Shown here: positions 63,949 to 64,000 of the stretch, piece after piece
Position numbering within the stretch: position 1 is the stretch's first letter
How the letters are laid out: every line of letters starts with the position of its first letter
Origin: a virus
Length of the DNA stretch: 64,000 nucleotides
Reading direction: 5' to 3' (one strand)
IMG/VR virus record: IMGVR_UViG_3300035698_017726
Span: 50,833-114,832 of that record
Translations under genes and position numbers: made by a program
Notes under the pieces: generated by a model
The model's input: the letters and a program-made list of their open reading frames with translations, nothing else
Databases searched by the model: none
Told to the model about the DNA's origin: nothing

Positions 63949-64000
63949 TTATTGTCCTTGAGGTCAACAGACACCTTTGCGGTGATCTTGTGTGTTGTAC

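Noticed and set aside
1-64000. CRISPR array or alternative genetic code
   Set aside because: No regularly spaced direct repeats seen. Long genes read through in the standard code, TAG/TGA/TAA all serve as stops, and I found no suppressor (CTA/TCA/TTA) tRNA.

Overview
A 64 kb segment of a large (jumbo-type) myovirus genome, GC-rich, standard genetic code. (1) 1-16.4 kb, + strand: virion module with major capsid protein, neck and head-completion proteins, a 1521-aa tail sheath, tail tube, and several glycine-zipper proteins sharing a K-x-A motif. (2) 16.3-36.5 kb, mixed strands: MoxR AAA+/VWA pair, Dam methylase, ParB, tail-fibre-like genes, holin-like genes, CHAP endolysin, a frameshifted DEDDh exonuclease, type IIA topoisomerase B subunit, a phage sigma-70 factor, and HNH and GIY-YIG nucleases. 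(3) 36.5-55.4 kb, mostly - strand: 42 canonical tRNA genes covering all 20 amino acids, about 10 atypical tRNA-like RNAs, other structured ncRNAs, Pth2 and a stand-alone S4 domain. (4) 55.4-64 kb: accessory genes (DHH phosphoesterase, Ter-type vWA, radical SAM, SLOG, NADAR). Main discovery: the tRNAs form two operons. Each is preceded by a sigma70-like promoter, an unannotated short leader peptide and overlapping antiterminator/terminator hairpins. The codons of each leader match the anticodons of the tRNAs in its own operon: Ser/Leu/Cys/Phe/Tyr/Trp/Ala(GCC) for one, the other amino acids for the second. I infer a 'codon-sampler' attenuation system that turns on phage tRNA supply when host tRNAs fail. 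Also notable are a ~400-nt RNA with two circularly permuted tRNA modules and a small RNA resembling the 23S rRNA GTPase-associated centre. All assignments were made by eye from motifs; no database searches were run.
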